A stretch of DNA of 64,000 bases. Origin: an uncultured virus (IMG/VR IMGVR_UViG_3300031539_000018). Lineage: Duplodnaviria; Heunggongvirae; Uroviricota; Caudoviricetes. Numbering within the stretch: the stretch's first letter is position 1; every line of letters starts with the position of its first letter. Below, one piece after another: positions 39,517-49,026 of this stretch. The stretch is from the IMG/VR virus record IMGVR_UViG_3300031539_000018, positions 1-64,000 of that record. One strand, written 5' to 3'. The notes under the pieces were generated by a model, which saw only the letters and a list, made by a program, of their open reading frames with translations, did no database searches and was not told the origin of the DNA. The translations under genes and the position numbers were made by a program.

Positions 39517-40325
39517 GAGCATTGATGAGACGATACACGGTGGAGCACCTGGATCCTGGGGAGCACCTGGATCCTGGCTGGTTTGGCACCTTCTACGGCA
39601 CTGCGGCGGCTCAGTTTCAGCGGCACATTGAGTCCCTGCCGGGTACGGTATACGGCGATGACCCCAAGCAGAGGCCGTTTGATAACGTATTCACCTGGGG
39701 CCACGATCATGACTTCGGGGCCTTTCAGATGAAGGGCCAGATGGGAGACCGGCACATCCGGGTCATTGAGGCCTTCCTGGAGATGGGCGCGGAGTTCAAG
39801 GGCCATGTGCTAGATGTGGGCTGCTGGACGGGTGGCACGTCGCTCCTACTGGCAGCGATGGGGTGCACGGTGACGGCCATTGAGGAGGCAGTGCAATATG
39901 CCGATGTGGTTTCATACTTGGGCCACGTTTTCCAGGTGCAGGGCCTTGTTGTCATCCCTAATTCTATTTATGATGAGGGCCGCTTCGCTGAGCCTTATGA
40001 TATGATCCTGTGTGCGGGCGTCCTGTATCACGTCACTGATCCGGTGCGTGCTCTGCGCATCATATTTGAGAAGTTGGTGGACGGCGGCACGCTGCTGCTG
40101 GAGACCGCGGTTCATCAGGGTGGCGGCAAGCTCCTGACCTATTGTGGCCCTACCGCGCCAGGCTATCGATGGTTCCTGCCTACGGCGGAAACGCTGGTTG
40201 CGATGTTGATTGACGTGGGGTTTACAGACCTAGAGTATGGGTTGCGTGCCGACGGTAGCCGGATTGTCGTGGTTGCTACAAGGAAGGAGTACACGACCAT
40301 GATGACGGCGGGGGTATCAAGATAA
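39498..40325 (+). CDS. class I SAM-dependent methyltransferase (CmoB-like)
   Basis: VLDVGCWTG, YDMILCAGVLYH, GGTLLLET. Confidence 0.85.
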   Translation: MEEQDLRALMRRYTVEHLDPGEHLDPGWFGTFYGTAAAQFQRHIESLPGTVYGDDPKQRPFDNVFTWGHDHDFGAFQMKGQMGDRHIRVIEAFLEMGAEFKGHVLDVGCWTGGTSLLLAAMGCTVTAIEEAVQYADVVSYLGHVFQVQGLVVIPNSIYDEGRFAEPYDMILCAGVLYHVTDPVRALRIIFEKLVDGGTLLLETAVHQGGGKLLTYCGPTAPGYRWFLPTAETLVAMLIDVGFTDLEYGLRADGSRIVVVATRKEYTTMMTAGVSR

Positions 40326-40336
40326 GGGGAAAGGAT

Positions 40337-40540
40337 ATGAGAACGTGGGAGTATAAGCGCGTTGGCTTACCTGACAAGCCAGACATTTCTGATTGGTTGG
40401 ATTCACTGGATAAAGAAGGCTGGGAATTGGTTCAGATATATCAGGACCCCCGATATCTTAATGATATGTTTAAGCTATATCCAGTAGGGATTTTTAGACG
40501 AGCCTTTGTTAAGCAATCTGAACGGGTGGAGGCCCCATGA
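40337..40540 (+). CDS. DUF4177-like small protein
   Basis: WEYK...LDSLDKEGWELVQI...FRR. Confidence 0.65.
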   Translation: MRTWEYKRVGLPDKPDISDWLDSLDKEGWELVQIYQDPRYLNDMFKLYPVGIFRRAFVKQSERVEAP

Positions 40541-41076
40541 CCATAACTGCGTTTGACCTCTCGGACGGGAACGAGCCGATGAGCTACGGCGAGATCAATT
40601 TCTTGGTCTCATTGGTTAAGAAGCTCCCTGCGGAACCGATCATCGTCAACATTGGGGCTGCGGACGGCGTGTCTACCGTGGCCATGCTGGAGGCCCGTAG
40701 GGATGCCTTCATTTTCTCTGTGGACATCGGCGAGTGCCCGCAGGAACGCGCCAACCTGGAGGCTGCGGGTCTGGATACGGCCCGCGTGATACGGCTCCTG
40801 GGCCGTAGTCAGGACATCGGCAAAGAGTTCCCCTGCGAGGCCGATATGGTGCTTGTGGACGGCGGGCATGATTACAAGTCGGTGAAGGGTGATATCGAGG
40901 TTTGGCCCTGGAAGGTCAAGGTGGGCGGCACTTTGGCCTTTCACGACTACATCGAGCCGCCCCGTCCCGCTAACAACCCCAGTGAAGCGTACGAGGCGGT
41001 GAATGAGAACCTGCCTGCTGAGTTTGAACTGACCGGCCAGGTGGACAGGCTGATTGCGTTTCAGAGGATGTCGTGA
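40537..41076 (+). CDS. Methyltransf_24-like SAM methyltransferase
   Basis: IVNIGAADGVST, VDGGHDY, GGTLAFHDY. Confidence 0.85.
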   Translation: MTITAFDLSDGNEPMSYGEINFLVSLVKKLPAEPIIVNIGAADGVSTVAMLEARRDAFIFSVDIGECPQERANLEAAGLDTARVIRLLGRSQDIGKEFPCEADMVLVDGGHDYKSVKGDIEVWPWKVKVGGTLAFHDYIEPPRPANNPSEAYEAVNENLPAEFELTGQVDRLIAFQRMS

Positions 41077-41309
41077 GAGGGTTTGCATTTGGGAGGCGGA
41101 AGGCGCCTCGGATTCCTATTGGCACCTCGGCGGATGATGTATTGAAGCGGTGGGGCCGTGCGTTGCGTACCCGGAGCTTGGGCAAGGACAGCGAGGGCTT
41201 CATCGTGGAGTGCGAGTACCGCTGGGGGTTCCTGGTGTTCAAGAGAGGCCGTGGGCCTGATGGGACTGGGGCGCGTTGTTACCGCGTGGTGGAGAAGAGG
41301 GCAAGATGA
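41073..41309 (+). CDS. hypothetical protein
   Basis: Coupled to both neighbours. Confidence 0.45.
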   Translation: MRGFAFGRRKAPRIPIGTSADDVLKRWGRALRTRSLGKDSEGFIVECEYRWGFLVFKRGRGPDGTGARCYRVVEKRAR

Positions 41310-41701
41310 CACAGAGAGAATGGGATGCGGATAAGTGGGGACCTCCGACAATTGTGATCTACGTAGACGCGCAGCGGTATCTATGGAATCGGGCATCGAG
41401 TCAAACGCTGGCGATCCTTCGGGATATGCGTCATCTCTACCACGACATTGTTTCTGAGGTGAAGAAAACTGAACAGGGAAACTATCTTCGGCTAGACTTT
41501 CCTCCAGGGGAGTTACCGCAGTATGAGTTGCTAGATGCCCCTGCGTGTTTGGCTAGTCTTATTGAAATTGATCGGTATACGGAAGCTAATCGTCAGGGTG
41601 GTGGCCATACTCCGCTAAGGGGAAAGTTGACGGAAGAGGGCAAGACCGAGTATGCCAAACTTATGGGCCTTGGCTCATTTGATGAGATTCCTGGGATTTA
41701 G
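41306..41701 (+). CDS. hypothetical protein
   Basis: ATGA-coupled ORF. Confidence 0.5.
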   Translation: MTQREWDADKWGPPTIVIYVDAQRYLWNRASSQTLAILRDMRHLYHDIVSEVKKTEQGNYLRLDFPPGELPQYELLDAPACLASLIEIDRYTEANRQGGGHTPLRGKLTEEGKTEYAKLMGLGSFDEIPGI

Positions 41702-41709
41702 GAGAAATT

Positions 41710-42234
41710 GTGCCCTTTGACCCCATGACTACCGGCCCTGCATATCAGGGTTGGGCGATAGATTTCCTGAACCCGCGGATTGAACCACACTTCCGCGCCT
41801 TCGAGTGGGGTAGCGGCTGGAGCACCATCTGGCTGGGCGCACGGTGCGGGAGCGTAGTCAGTGTCGAGCATGATGTGGAGTGGCACGCGACGGCGGCGCA
41901 GCGGTTGCGGGAGTATGGCCTGGGGAACGTGAAGCTGTTCCACATACCAAAGGAACAGGGCGCGTCGGAGTATGCGGACTATGCCGATGCCATCCTGAGT
42001 TATCCTGATGAGCACTTTCACCTGATTTGCGTGGACGGGCGCAATCGTGCAGGGTGCATCAGGAACGCTATGGTGAAGTTGGTGAGGCCCGGTGGGATGA
42101 TGGTGGTGGATGACTACCCCAGGTCGCAGTATCAACCTGCTCTGCGGTTATTGGATGGCTGGAGCCGGGCGTTGTTCAACCGGGCTAGTGAGATCATGGC
42201 TACGGGCGTGTGGTTCAGGCCAACGGAGGGGTGA
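41710..42234 (+). CDS. SAM-dependent O-methyltransferase
   Basis: FEWGSGWSTIW, SVEHD, ICVDGRNR, GGMMVVDD. Confidence 0.85.
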   Translation: MPFDPMTTGPAYQGWAIDFLNPRIEPHFRAFEWGSGWSTIWLGARCGSVVSVEHDVEWHATAAQRLREYGLGNVKLFHIPKEQGASEYADYADAILSYPDEHFHLICVDGRNRAGCIRNAMVKLVRPGGMMVVDDYPRSQYQPALRLLDGWSRALFNRASEIMATGVWFRPTEG

Positions 42235-42235
42235 G

Positions 42236-42985
42236 ATGACCCTTTTCGCTCATACTCACTGCGTAGCGTTTGAGCTTTCCAACACTTGCCCTTACGCATG
42301 GCTGCACAAGGAGTGTCCCTTGAACTTGGAAGTGGCCTCACCCTTTCGGTTGAGGGAGACAAAGCACCTATCTGGCGACGTTGTGCGGAAGGTACTGGAT
42401 ACCCTGGGAGAGCATGGGTACGTGAGCACGATTAGCTTTCATCAGTACAATGAGTCGCTAGTTGACCCACGCCTGTTCGAGTTCGTCCGCTATGCTAGGA
42501 AGCGGTGCCCGGAGGCCAGGATCATAATCTTGACCAACGGGGTTTTCCTGTCGCGGCAATTGGCGCTGGAGCTGGAGGAGGCCGGGTTATCGGGTCTGTG
42601 GGTGACGCTCTATGGCAGCCAGGAGGACCGCAAGATCACATGGGAATGGATGAAACGTGAGATCATACCCATCTTTTCAGAGAGCAATGTTCAGACGTGG
42701 GGGCTGGATGACAGGCTGTGCATTTATGACCGGGAGTACCAGAAGGACCAGGGCGGCAATTGTTATGCCCCCTTGAGTGCTATCATCGTCACCAGGGACG
42801 CGGAGTGGGGCCTGTGTTGTATGGACTGGAAACGCACAGTATCCTTCGGGAGCCTCAAGGAGCATAGCCTGGAGGAACTGTTACAGGCTGAGGAGCCGCA
42901 TCGCATCTATGCGGCCCTGAGCGAGGGGGACCGGACGGTATTGGATTTGTGCCGCCGCTGCACGTTCGCTATCACACCAAGGTGA
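42236..42985 (+). CDS. radical SAM protein with SPASM/twitch-like domain (atypical cluster motif)
   Basis: FELSNTCPYAWLHKECP, YNESLVDP, LTNG, C-terminal CYAP...CCMD...CRRC. Confidence 0.8.
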   Translation: MTLFAHTHCVAFELSNTCPYAWLHKECPLNLEVASPFRLRETKHLSGDVVRKVLDTLGEHGYVSTISFHQYNESLVDPRLFEFVRYARKRCPEARIIILTNGVFLSRQLALELEEAGLSGLWVTLYGSQEDRKITWEWMKREIIPIFSESNVQTWGLDDRLCIYDREYQKDQGGNCYAPLSAIIVTRDAEWGLCCMDWKRTVSFGSLKEHSLEELLQAEEPHRIYAALSEGDRTVLDLCRRCTFAITPR

Positions 42986-42987
42986 AT

Positions 42988-43021
42988 CTTTTGCTGGCAA
43001 AAGGAAGCGGCGTGGTATCAT
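42988..43021 (+). promoter_or_regulatory. phage-specific promoter motif
   Basis: CTTTTGCTGGCAAAAG; TATCAT at 43016-43021. Confidence 0.55.
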
Positions 43022-43040
43022 TTGTGCAGAAGGAAGGTTA

Positions 43041-44219
43041 ATGGAGCCGCGGGGCATTCTCTACTTTGCAATAGGTGACGAATATCTGATGCGGGCGCAG
43101 AAGGCTGTAGCTCGCGTGCGGGATGTGTGGCCGGGTATGGCCTGCGCCATCTGGACCGAACGCTCGCCGGGGCCGGTGATGCTCTCGCGGATGGAGGCCT
43201 GGCGGCAATCACCTTTTGAGCGGACCTTGGCTCTGGATGCGGACGTATGGCTGGCGGAACCTGTACCAGAGCTGTTTGACCTGTTGGACCGGTTTGACCT
43301 GGCGGCGACCCTTGCGCCATGGCGTGAGGGACATCCTGTAGCTGTCCCTGCGGCGTTTCCAGAGCATAACTGTGGCGTGGTAGCCTTTCGCAAGAATGGC
43401 CTGTTACTGAGCCTTGTGGACGACTGGGAGCAGCGGTTCGGACGACGTTATGAGGGGTTGGAGGAGACCAAAAGCGTTCACAATGACCAACCGGCCTTCC
43501 GGGAGGCCCTGTATCATTCTGTTCTGCGTATTGCTACCTTGCCCGCGGAATACAACTGGCGGGGCGTGGGCTATGTTTGGGGCAAGGTGAAAGTGTTGCA
43601 TACCCGGAGACCGCCACAGAGGGTAGCACACGAAATCAACGAGCAGCTTGGGCCAAGGGTGTGTATGAACTGGCAGATACACCATGGAGATAATTCGGCA
43701 ATGATGCTGGAAGCGACCGACCTTACAGGTGAGGAATATCACCACGAGGTGGAGGACGTGCTTACGTTGCAGCACCTGGCGGGGCTGCTCCCGGCGGACC
43801 CGGTGGTGGTGAACATCGGGGCCTGCTTCGGCACATCGGCCTTGGCGCTCCTGGAGGCCCGTGAGGACCTGTTTGTGTTCAGCATTGACATCAAGCCTTG
43901 CCTTGAGGAGCGGGAGAACCTGGCGCGGTCGGGCGTGGACCCGGCGCGGTGCGTGCGGGTGCTGGGGCGGTCTCAGGAGGTCGGGCAGTATTGGCCGCGT
44001 GCGGTGGATATGGTTTTCATGGACGGTTCCCATGCCCGCTCTGACGTGGTGGCGGACCTGGAGGCCTGGCTGCCCCGAATCAAGCCGGGGGGTATCGTGG
44101 CCTGCGACGACTATGCGAAAGGGTGCACTCCGGCGGTGAAGCCTGTGGTGGATGAGATGCTGATGGACAAGTACGAGATGGTCCTTCACGTGGGGGACAT
44201 CGTGGCGTTCAGGGTGTAA
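43041..44219 (+). CDS. GT-A (GT8-like) glycosyltransferase - methyltransferase fusion
   Basis: SPFERTLALDAD, NCGVV, NDQPAF, LPAEYN, then VNIGACFG, MDGSH, GGIVACDDY. Confidence 0.85.
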   Translation: MEPRGILYFAIGDEYLMRAQKAVARVRDVWPGMACAIWTERSPGPVMLSRMEAWRQSPFERTLALDADVWLAEPVPELFDLLDRFDLAATLAPWREGHPVAVPAAFPEHNCGVVAFRKNGLLLSLVDDWEQRFGRRYEGLEETKSVHNDQPAFREALYHSVLRIATLPAEYNWRGVGYVWGKVKVLHTRRPPQRVAHEINEQLGPRVCMNWQIHHGDNSAMMLEATDLTGEEYHHEVEDVLTLQHLAGLLPADPVVVNIGACFGTSALALLEAREDLFVFSIDIKPCLEERENLARSGVDPARCVRVLGRSQEVGQYWPRAVDMVFMDGSHARSDVVADLEAWLPRIKPGGIVACDDYAKGCTPAVKPVVDEMLMDKYEMVLHVGDIVAFRV

Positions 44220-44228
44220 AGGGGGATT

Positions 44229-44435
44229 ATGAGAGACATCGCTGTGGACTTGGGTATAGTCGCGCCGTGCGGGTGCATCTTCCCACAACATATCTGCAAG
44301 GAAGCGAAGCACCTTTGGGCCAGAGCCGTGGCATTCTTCGAGAAGAGCAGGGAGGCCGGATTTGATGATGAGTCTTGGGCCAAGTATCTGGAGGTCCTGG
44401 AGGACTATAAGAAGCACTTTGGCAGGGAGGTATGA
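44229..44435 (+). CDS. hypothetical protein
   Basis: Short ORF in the operon. Confidence 0.4.
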   Translation: MRDIAVDLGIVAPCGCIFPQHICKEAKHLWARAVAFFEKSREAGFDDESWAKYLEVLEDYKKHFGREV

Positions 44436-44438
44436 CCA

Positions 44439-44669
44439 ATGCCCGAAGACAAAGAGGAAGCAAGAGAGGAAACGCTGGAGCAGTTGGGGCTCCGGTACTT
44501 GGCCGCGCAGGAGCAACGTCTGCGGGTCTGCCAGCGCGAGAAGGCCCTAAAGAAGGAACTTGCAGCGGCTATGCGAGATGCCGGGAAGGAAGCCGTGATA
44601 GTGGGGCCGAAGGTGGTGATTTTGCACCCCGGTATAGATTATGACAGTCTGGAAGTGGCAGACCTGTGA
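44439..44669 (+). CDS. hypothetical protein
   Basis: SD GGAGGT; coiled-coil-like. Confidence 0.5.
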   Translation: MPEDKEEAREETLEQLGLRYLAAQEQRLRVCQREKALKKELAAAMRDAGKEAVIVGPKVVILHPGIDYDSLEVADL

Positions 44670-45478
44670 TGAACGAACAGCAACTCAAAGACGCCTTTGC
44701 ATCACTGGAGCCGATGAGTGACGAGGCCCCGCCCCGGTACACGTGGGAGCGGCACAGGTGGGAGATGCGGCGCCATGTGCGTCGGGATCCCATCGCGGTA
44801 TTCCTGAGCTGGCCCACGGTGACGGCCACCATGTTTGCGGGGGAGACCCCCTTCATCCGGTCTGAGCTGGAGGCCCTGCGGGCGCAGCCTGATTGGGAGA
44901 CCCTTTGGCTTCCGGCCATTGAGGACAGCGGCGTGGGCCAGGCCCCGAGGATGTCAGGGGAGCCGTCTACGAACGCCAATATGGTGCATCAGGCGTTTCA
45001 CCTGATGATGTGGAACAAGGCTACGCTCAAGGAACTGCGGGATCTGGAGACCATCACGGAGTTCGGCGGGGGCTATGGGGCTATGGCCCTGATTGCCTCA
45101 CGGCTGGGGTTCCGCGGGACCTACCGGATGGTGGACTTTCCGGAGATGTGCCTGCTTCAGAGCTACTACCTGTCGCGGCATGAGCTGGGCTGTGCGGTGG
45201 AGTTCCTGGAGGCCATCGGGCCGCCACGTTCGGACCTGTTGGTGGCCTGTTATTCATTGAGTGAAGTCCCGTTGGCGGACCGTAAGCCCTACCTTGGCGG
45301 GGGCCGTACGGATCATGGAGCGGCCAGTTACCTCTTTGCCATGCAGGACCGTTGGGATGACGTGGACAACCTGGATTGGGTATATGATTTTGAGATGAAT
45401 GAGAGGGATGACCTGCTGTGGTCCATCTTCCCGATGGTGAGGCCGGGGCACTGGTACGCGATGGGGGGAATGAAGTGA
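44666..45478 (+). CDS. putative sugar O-methyltransferase
   Basis: EFGGGYG, VDFPEM..LQSYYL, ACYSLSE. Confidence 0.8.
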   Translation: MMNEQQLKDAFASLEPMSDEAPPRYTWERHRWEMRRHVRRDPIAVFLSWPTVTATMFAGETPFIRSELEALRAQPDWETLWLPAIEDSGVGQAPRMSGEPSTNANMVHQAFHLMMWNKATLKELRDLETITEFGGGYGAMALIASRLGFRGTYRMVDFPEMCLLQSYYLSRHELGCAVEFLEAIGPPRSDLLVACYSLSEVPLADRKPYLGGGRTDHGAASYLFAMQDRWDDVDNLDWVYDFEMNERDDLLWSIFPMVRPGHWYAMGGMK

Positions 45479-47757
45479 CCTATGATTCATTTCTTAAATC
45501 GAAGAGGATGATTAGGCGTGATCGGGGCAAAGAGTTTACTACCGATGACGTGCATTCTAAGCTGTTTGCTTTCCAGCGGGATATTACGCTCTGGGCAGTA
45601 CGGAAGGGCATGGCAGCGGTATTCGCTGATACCGGGCTGGGCAAGACCTTCATTCAATTGGAATGGGCCAGGTTGCTAGGGGAGAAAACGCTCATTATTG
45701 CCCCGCTCAGTGTGGCCAGGCAAACGGTAAGAGAAGCTCGCAAGATTGATCTTGAAATAGGTTATGTTCGTAGTCAAGATGCGGTTGTGGGCGACGGTCA
45801 GCTCTGGATAACGAACTATGAAATGGTGAACGCCTTTGATGTATCGGCATTCGGCGCGGTGGTGCTGGACGAATCCAGTATATTGAAATGCATCTCAGGC
45901 AAGACGCGCCGCAAGCTGACGGAGGCTTGTCAGGCTGTTCCCTATCGCCTGTGTTGCACAGCAACGCCTGCCCCGAATGACTTCATAGAGCTGGGCAATC
46001 ATGCGGAGTTTTTGGGCGTGTGTTCGCGTGCTGAGATGCTGGCTATGTTCTTCGTCAATGCTAACAAAGAGCATACTATGTTTGTCAATGGAAAGTCGTA
46101 TCGCAGGAAGGGGAGCAATAAGGGCGGCCAGGAGTGGCGGTTGAAGCACCATGCCGAAGAGCCTTTCTTCCGCTGGTTGGCATCTTGGGCTATGGCCATA
46201 CGGAAGCCGTCTGACTTGGGATATGACGATATGGATTTCAGACTTCCTGCACTTAGGCTGCATAAGCACTTTGAGCAGGCGAAGTATGAGCCGGGTGATA
46301 GGCTGTTTTTCACTCGCGCTAGGGGTATAAGGGAGCATTCGGCTATTCGTAGAGCGACGCTTGGCCCACGCCTTGAACGGCTTCAGGAGATCATTGACGG
46401 AGACGGCCAACAGTGGATAGTCTGGGTGGGGCTGGATGAGGAAGGCCGGGCTGCGACGGAGGCTCTGGACGGTGCGGTAGAAGTCAAGGGTAGTGATTCG
46501 CCTGACTACAAGGCCAGTTCCTTTGAGGACTTTCAGGATGGCAAGTTTCGTGTGCTTGTGACCAAACCTACTATCGGCGGGTTCGGCATGAACTTCCAGA
46601 ATGCCCACAAGATGGCGTTCCTGGGGCTTTCGCACTCGTGGGAACAATACTATCAGTGTGTGCGCAGGGAGTGGAGGTATCTTCAGGAGCACCCTGTAGA
46701 CGTGCACCTGATTATGTCGGATATCGAGGCTGATGTGTACCGCAACGTGATGCGTAAGGATGCCCAGGCCAGGCGGCTACGGGAAGGTTTGATTGGCAAG
46801 ATGCATCTTTATGAGAGGGAGGAATTGGGGATGGGAACGTCTGTAGTGCAAGATCAGGCAGGATGTGTTGTCAAAGGCAATACTTGGAAAGCGTTGCGGG
46901 GCGACTCCTGCGAGAGGCTGGCGGAACTTGACAATGATTCGGTAGACCTGTGCATATACTCACCGCCGTTTGCTGATCTCTATACGTATAGTGATAGCCC
47001 CCGCGACCTGGGCAATTCGCGTGATTGGAAGGAGTTCTTGTGTCACTATTCTTTTGTGATCCGGGAGGTTTTGCGTGTAGTCAAGCCGGGGCGCTTGTGC
47101 TGCGTTCACACCTCAGACATCCCGGCGTTGGCGCAGAAGGATGGGTATATCGGCATCAAGGATTTTCCTGGCGCGGTGATCGCTGCGCACGAGGCGGAGG
47201 GATGGGTATTCCATGGACGCATTCTAGTCGGCAAAAACCCGCAGGCCCAGGCCATACGGACGCACTCTAAGGCGCTGTTGTTTGTCCAGTTGCGTAAGGA
47301 CTCAGCGGACAGTCGCCCGGCGCTTGTCGATCATGTTCTGTTGTTCAAGAAACCCGGTGAGAACGCTGTGCCGGTGACTCCGGTAGAAAACGGTGAGATG
47401 GACAATGACCTATGGGTACAGTGGGCTAATGGGATCTGGACTGATATTCAGGAGACGGATACTCTTCAGTACCAGCACGCGCGGGAGGCCGATGATGAGA
47501 AGCATATTTGCCCCTTGCAATTGCCGACGATCCGGCGGTGCGTGATGCTCTATTCCAATCCTGGAGAGACAATACTATCACCGTTTGCGGGCATCGGTAG
47601 TGAGGGTTTTGAGTCTGTCAAGGCCGGGCGGGGTTTCGTGGGTATAGAGCTGAAACCAGAGTATTTCGAGGTCATGGTCGGAAACCTCCAGAAAGCGGAG
47701 GCTGTAGCGAATCAGCCTGATTTGTTTTCGTTAGTCAATGAGGAGTCAGCGCAATGA
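45475..47757 (+). CDS. SNF2-like helicase - N4/N6 DNA methyltransferase fusion
   Basis: DTGLGKT, LDES, TAT, GFGMNFQ, QCVRR helicase motifs, then YSPPF and SPFAGIGS methylase motifs. Confidence 0.9.
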   Translation: MTYDSFLKSKRMIRRDRGKEFTTDDVHSKLFAFQRDITLWAVRKGMAAVFADTGLGKTFIQLEWARLLGEKTLIIAPLSVARQTVREARKIDLEIGYVRSQDAVVGDGQLWITNYEMVNAFDVSAFGAVVLDESSILKCISGKTRRKLTEACQAVPYRLCCTATPAPNDFIELGNHAEFLGVCSRAEMLAMFFVNANKEHTMFVNGKSYRRKGSNKGGQEWRLKHHAEEPFFRWLASWAMAIRKPSDLGYDDMDFRLPALRLHKHFEQAKYEPGDRLFFTRARGIREHSAIRRATLGPRLERLQEIIDGDGQQWIVWVGLDEEGRAATEALDGAVEVKGSDSPDYKASSFEDFQDGKFRVLVTKPTIGGFGMNFQNAHKMAFLGLSHSWEQYYQCVRREWRYLQEHPVDVHLIMSDIEADVYRNVMRKDAQARRLREGLIGKMHLYEREELGMGTSVVQDQAGCVVKGNTWKALRGDSCERLAELDNDSVDLCIYSPPFADLYTYSDSPRDLGNSRDWKEFLCHYSFVIREVLRVVKPGRLCCVHTSDIPALAQKDGYIGIKDFPGAVIAAHEAEGWVFHGRILVGKNPQAQAIRTHSKALLFVQLRKDSADSRPALVDHVLLFKKPGENAVPVTPVENGEMDNDLWVQWANGIWTDIQETDTLQYQHAREADDEKHICPLQLPTIRRCVMLYSNPGETILSPFAGIGSEGFESVKAGRGFVGIELKPEYFEVMVGNLQKAEAVANQPDLFSLVNEESAQ

Positions 47758-49019
47758 TCTTTTCCAATCGTCACGAGGTGGAGACACACCTGGCTGAGCA
47801 GGCTGACGGCGGCGTGATTGTAGAGGTTGGGGTGGGCAAGGGTGACGGGTTGGTGGCCCTGCTCAACGGCACCCGTTACGGAAGGCTCTTGCCCGTGTAT
47901 GCCGTGGATCCCTACGCGCCATACGTGGACAAATTGGGTGGCACCTACGGCCCGGAGTGCAAGCAGGAAGCCGTCGATCAGGTGGTGGGTACGGGCCTGG
48001 GGCGTTTGGTGGCCTTCGTCGAAGAGGACGGCGTGCTGGTGGGCGAGAATTGGGACTTGCCTACGGCCCTGGTGTGGATTGACGTGTCTATGGAGTACGA
48101 CGGTCTCAAATGCGTCTGGGATGCCTGGGCGGACAAGGTTATGGAGGACGGGCACATCGCCATCGCGGGGCTGGGTTACAGTAGCTTGGGCACGGCGCGG
48201 GTGATGCAGGAGGCCGTGGACTCAGGGAACTTCGTGCGGGTACTGGAGGGGCAAGACCGGGTGGCCGTGCTGCGCAGGAATCCACGGCACAGGAGGGCCG
48301 CGTTCTACATCGTGGATGGTGAGCCGTATGCAGATGAGGCGGCCTATAGCGCGTCCAGCCTCAAGGAGCACATGCCCAGGGTGGAGACCTTCCTGTTCGC
48401 TGTGGGGGGCACGAAGGACAGGGATTGCATTGACCACGTAGTGACGTTGCCCCCTCGGGAGAGCGAACTGTGGTACCTGGACAGCACGCGGTACTTCAAT
48501 TGGGCTGTGGGGCAGCTTCATGAGTACAACCGGCTCTTGTACCTTGATACGGATACGTGGGTGTCCTGGGATTGCCTGGATATGTGGTGGCTCCTGGAGC
48601 AGTTCGACGTGTGCCTGGGTCATTCTGCGGGCCGGGAGGCCATGCCCAGTGCTATCGGAACGCCGCCTGCGTTCACCACGCTGTCCATCGGGGTGAGCCT
48701 CTTCTGCAACAACGCGAAGGTCCGGGCCACACTGGCGGACTGGCAGGCATTCTATGAGAAGTACGCGCATATCTACGGCGACAATGACGAGTCGCCCCTG
48801 CGGGACGTGCTGTGGCTCAACCGTCACGGGCTGAAAATGTATATCCTGCCCCCGGAGTACAATGCGCGTGTGGGCTTCGGGTGCTGGCTCTATGGGCGGG
48901 TCCGGGTAGTCCATGCCCGGCTGCCCCGGCTTCGGCATGTGGCGGAGGAGCTGAATGAGCACACGGTCATGCGCATGTGGCGTCCTGATGATGGGTTCCT
49001 GTGGTATCACCAGAAGTGA
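47754..49019 (+). CDS. methyltransferase - GT-A (GT8-like) glycosyltransferase fusion
   Basis: IVEVGVGKG, YAVDPY, then LYLDTDT, NDESPL, LPPEYN. Confidence 0.8.
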   Translation: MIFSNRHEVETHLAEQADGGVIVEVGVGKGDGLVALLNGTRYGRLLPVYAVDPYAPYVDKLGGTYGPECKQEAVDQVVGTGLGRLVAFVEEDGVLVGENWDLPTALVWIDVSMEYDGLKCVWDAWADKVMEDGHIAIAGLGYSSLGTARVMQEAVDSGNFVRVLEGQDRVAVLRRNPRHRRAAFYIVDGEPYADEAAYSASSLKEHMPRVETFLFAVGGTKDRDCIDHVVTLPPRESELWYLDSTRYFNWAVGQLHEYNRLLYLDTDTWVSWDCLDMWWLLEQFDVCLGHSAGREAMPSAIGTPPAFTTLSIGVSLFCNNAKVRATLADWQAFYEKYAHIYGDNDESPLRDVLWLNRHGLKMYILPPEYNARVGFGCWLYGRVRVVHARLPRLRHVAEELNEHTVMRMWRPDDGFLWYHQK

Positions 49020-49026
49020 GGGGGAC

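Noticed and set aside
39542..39577. 18-nt tandem duplication (EHLDPG x2)
   Set aside because: Real, but a small in-frame duplication with no further pattern.
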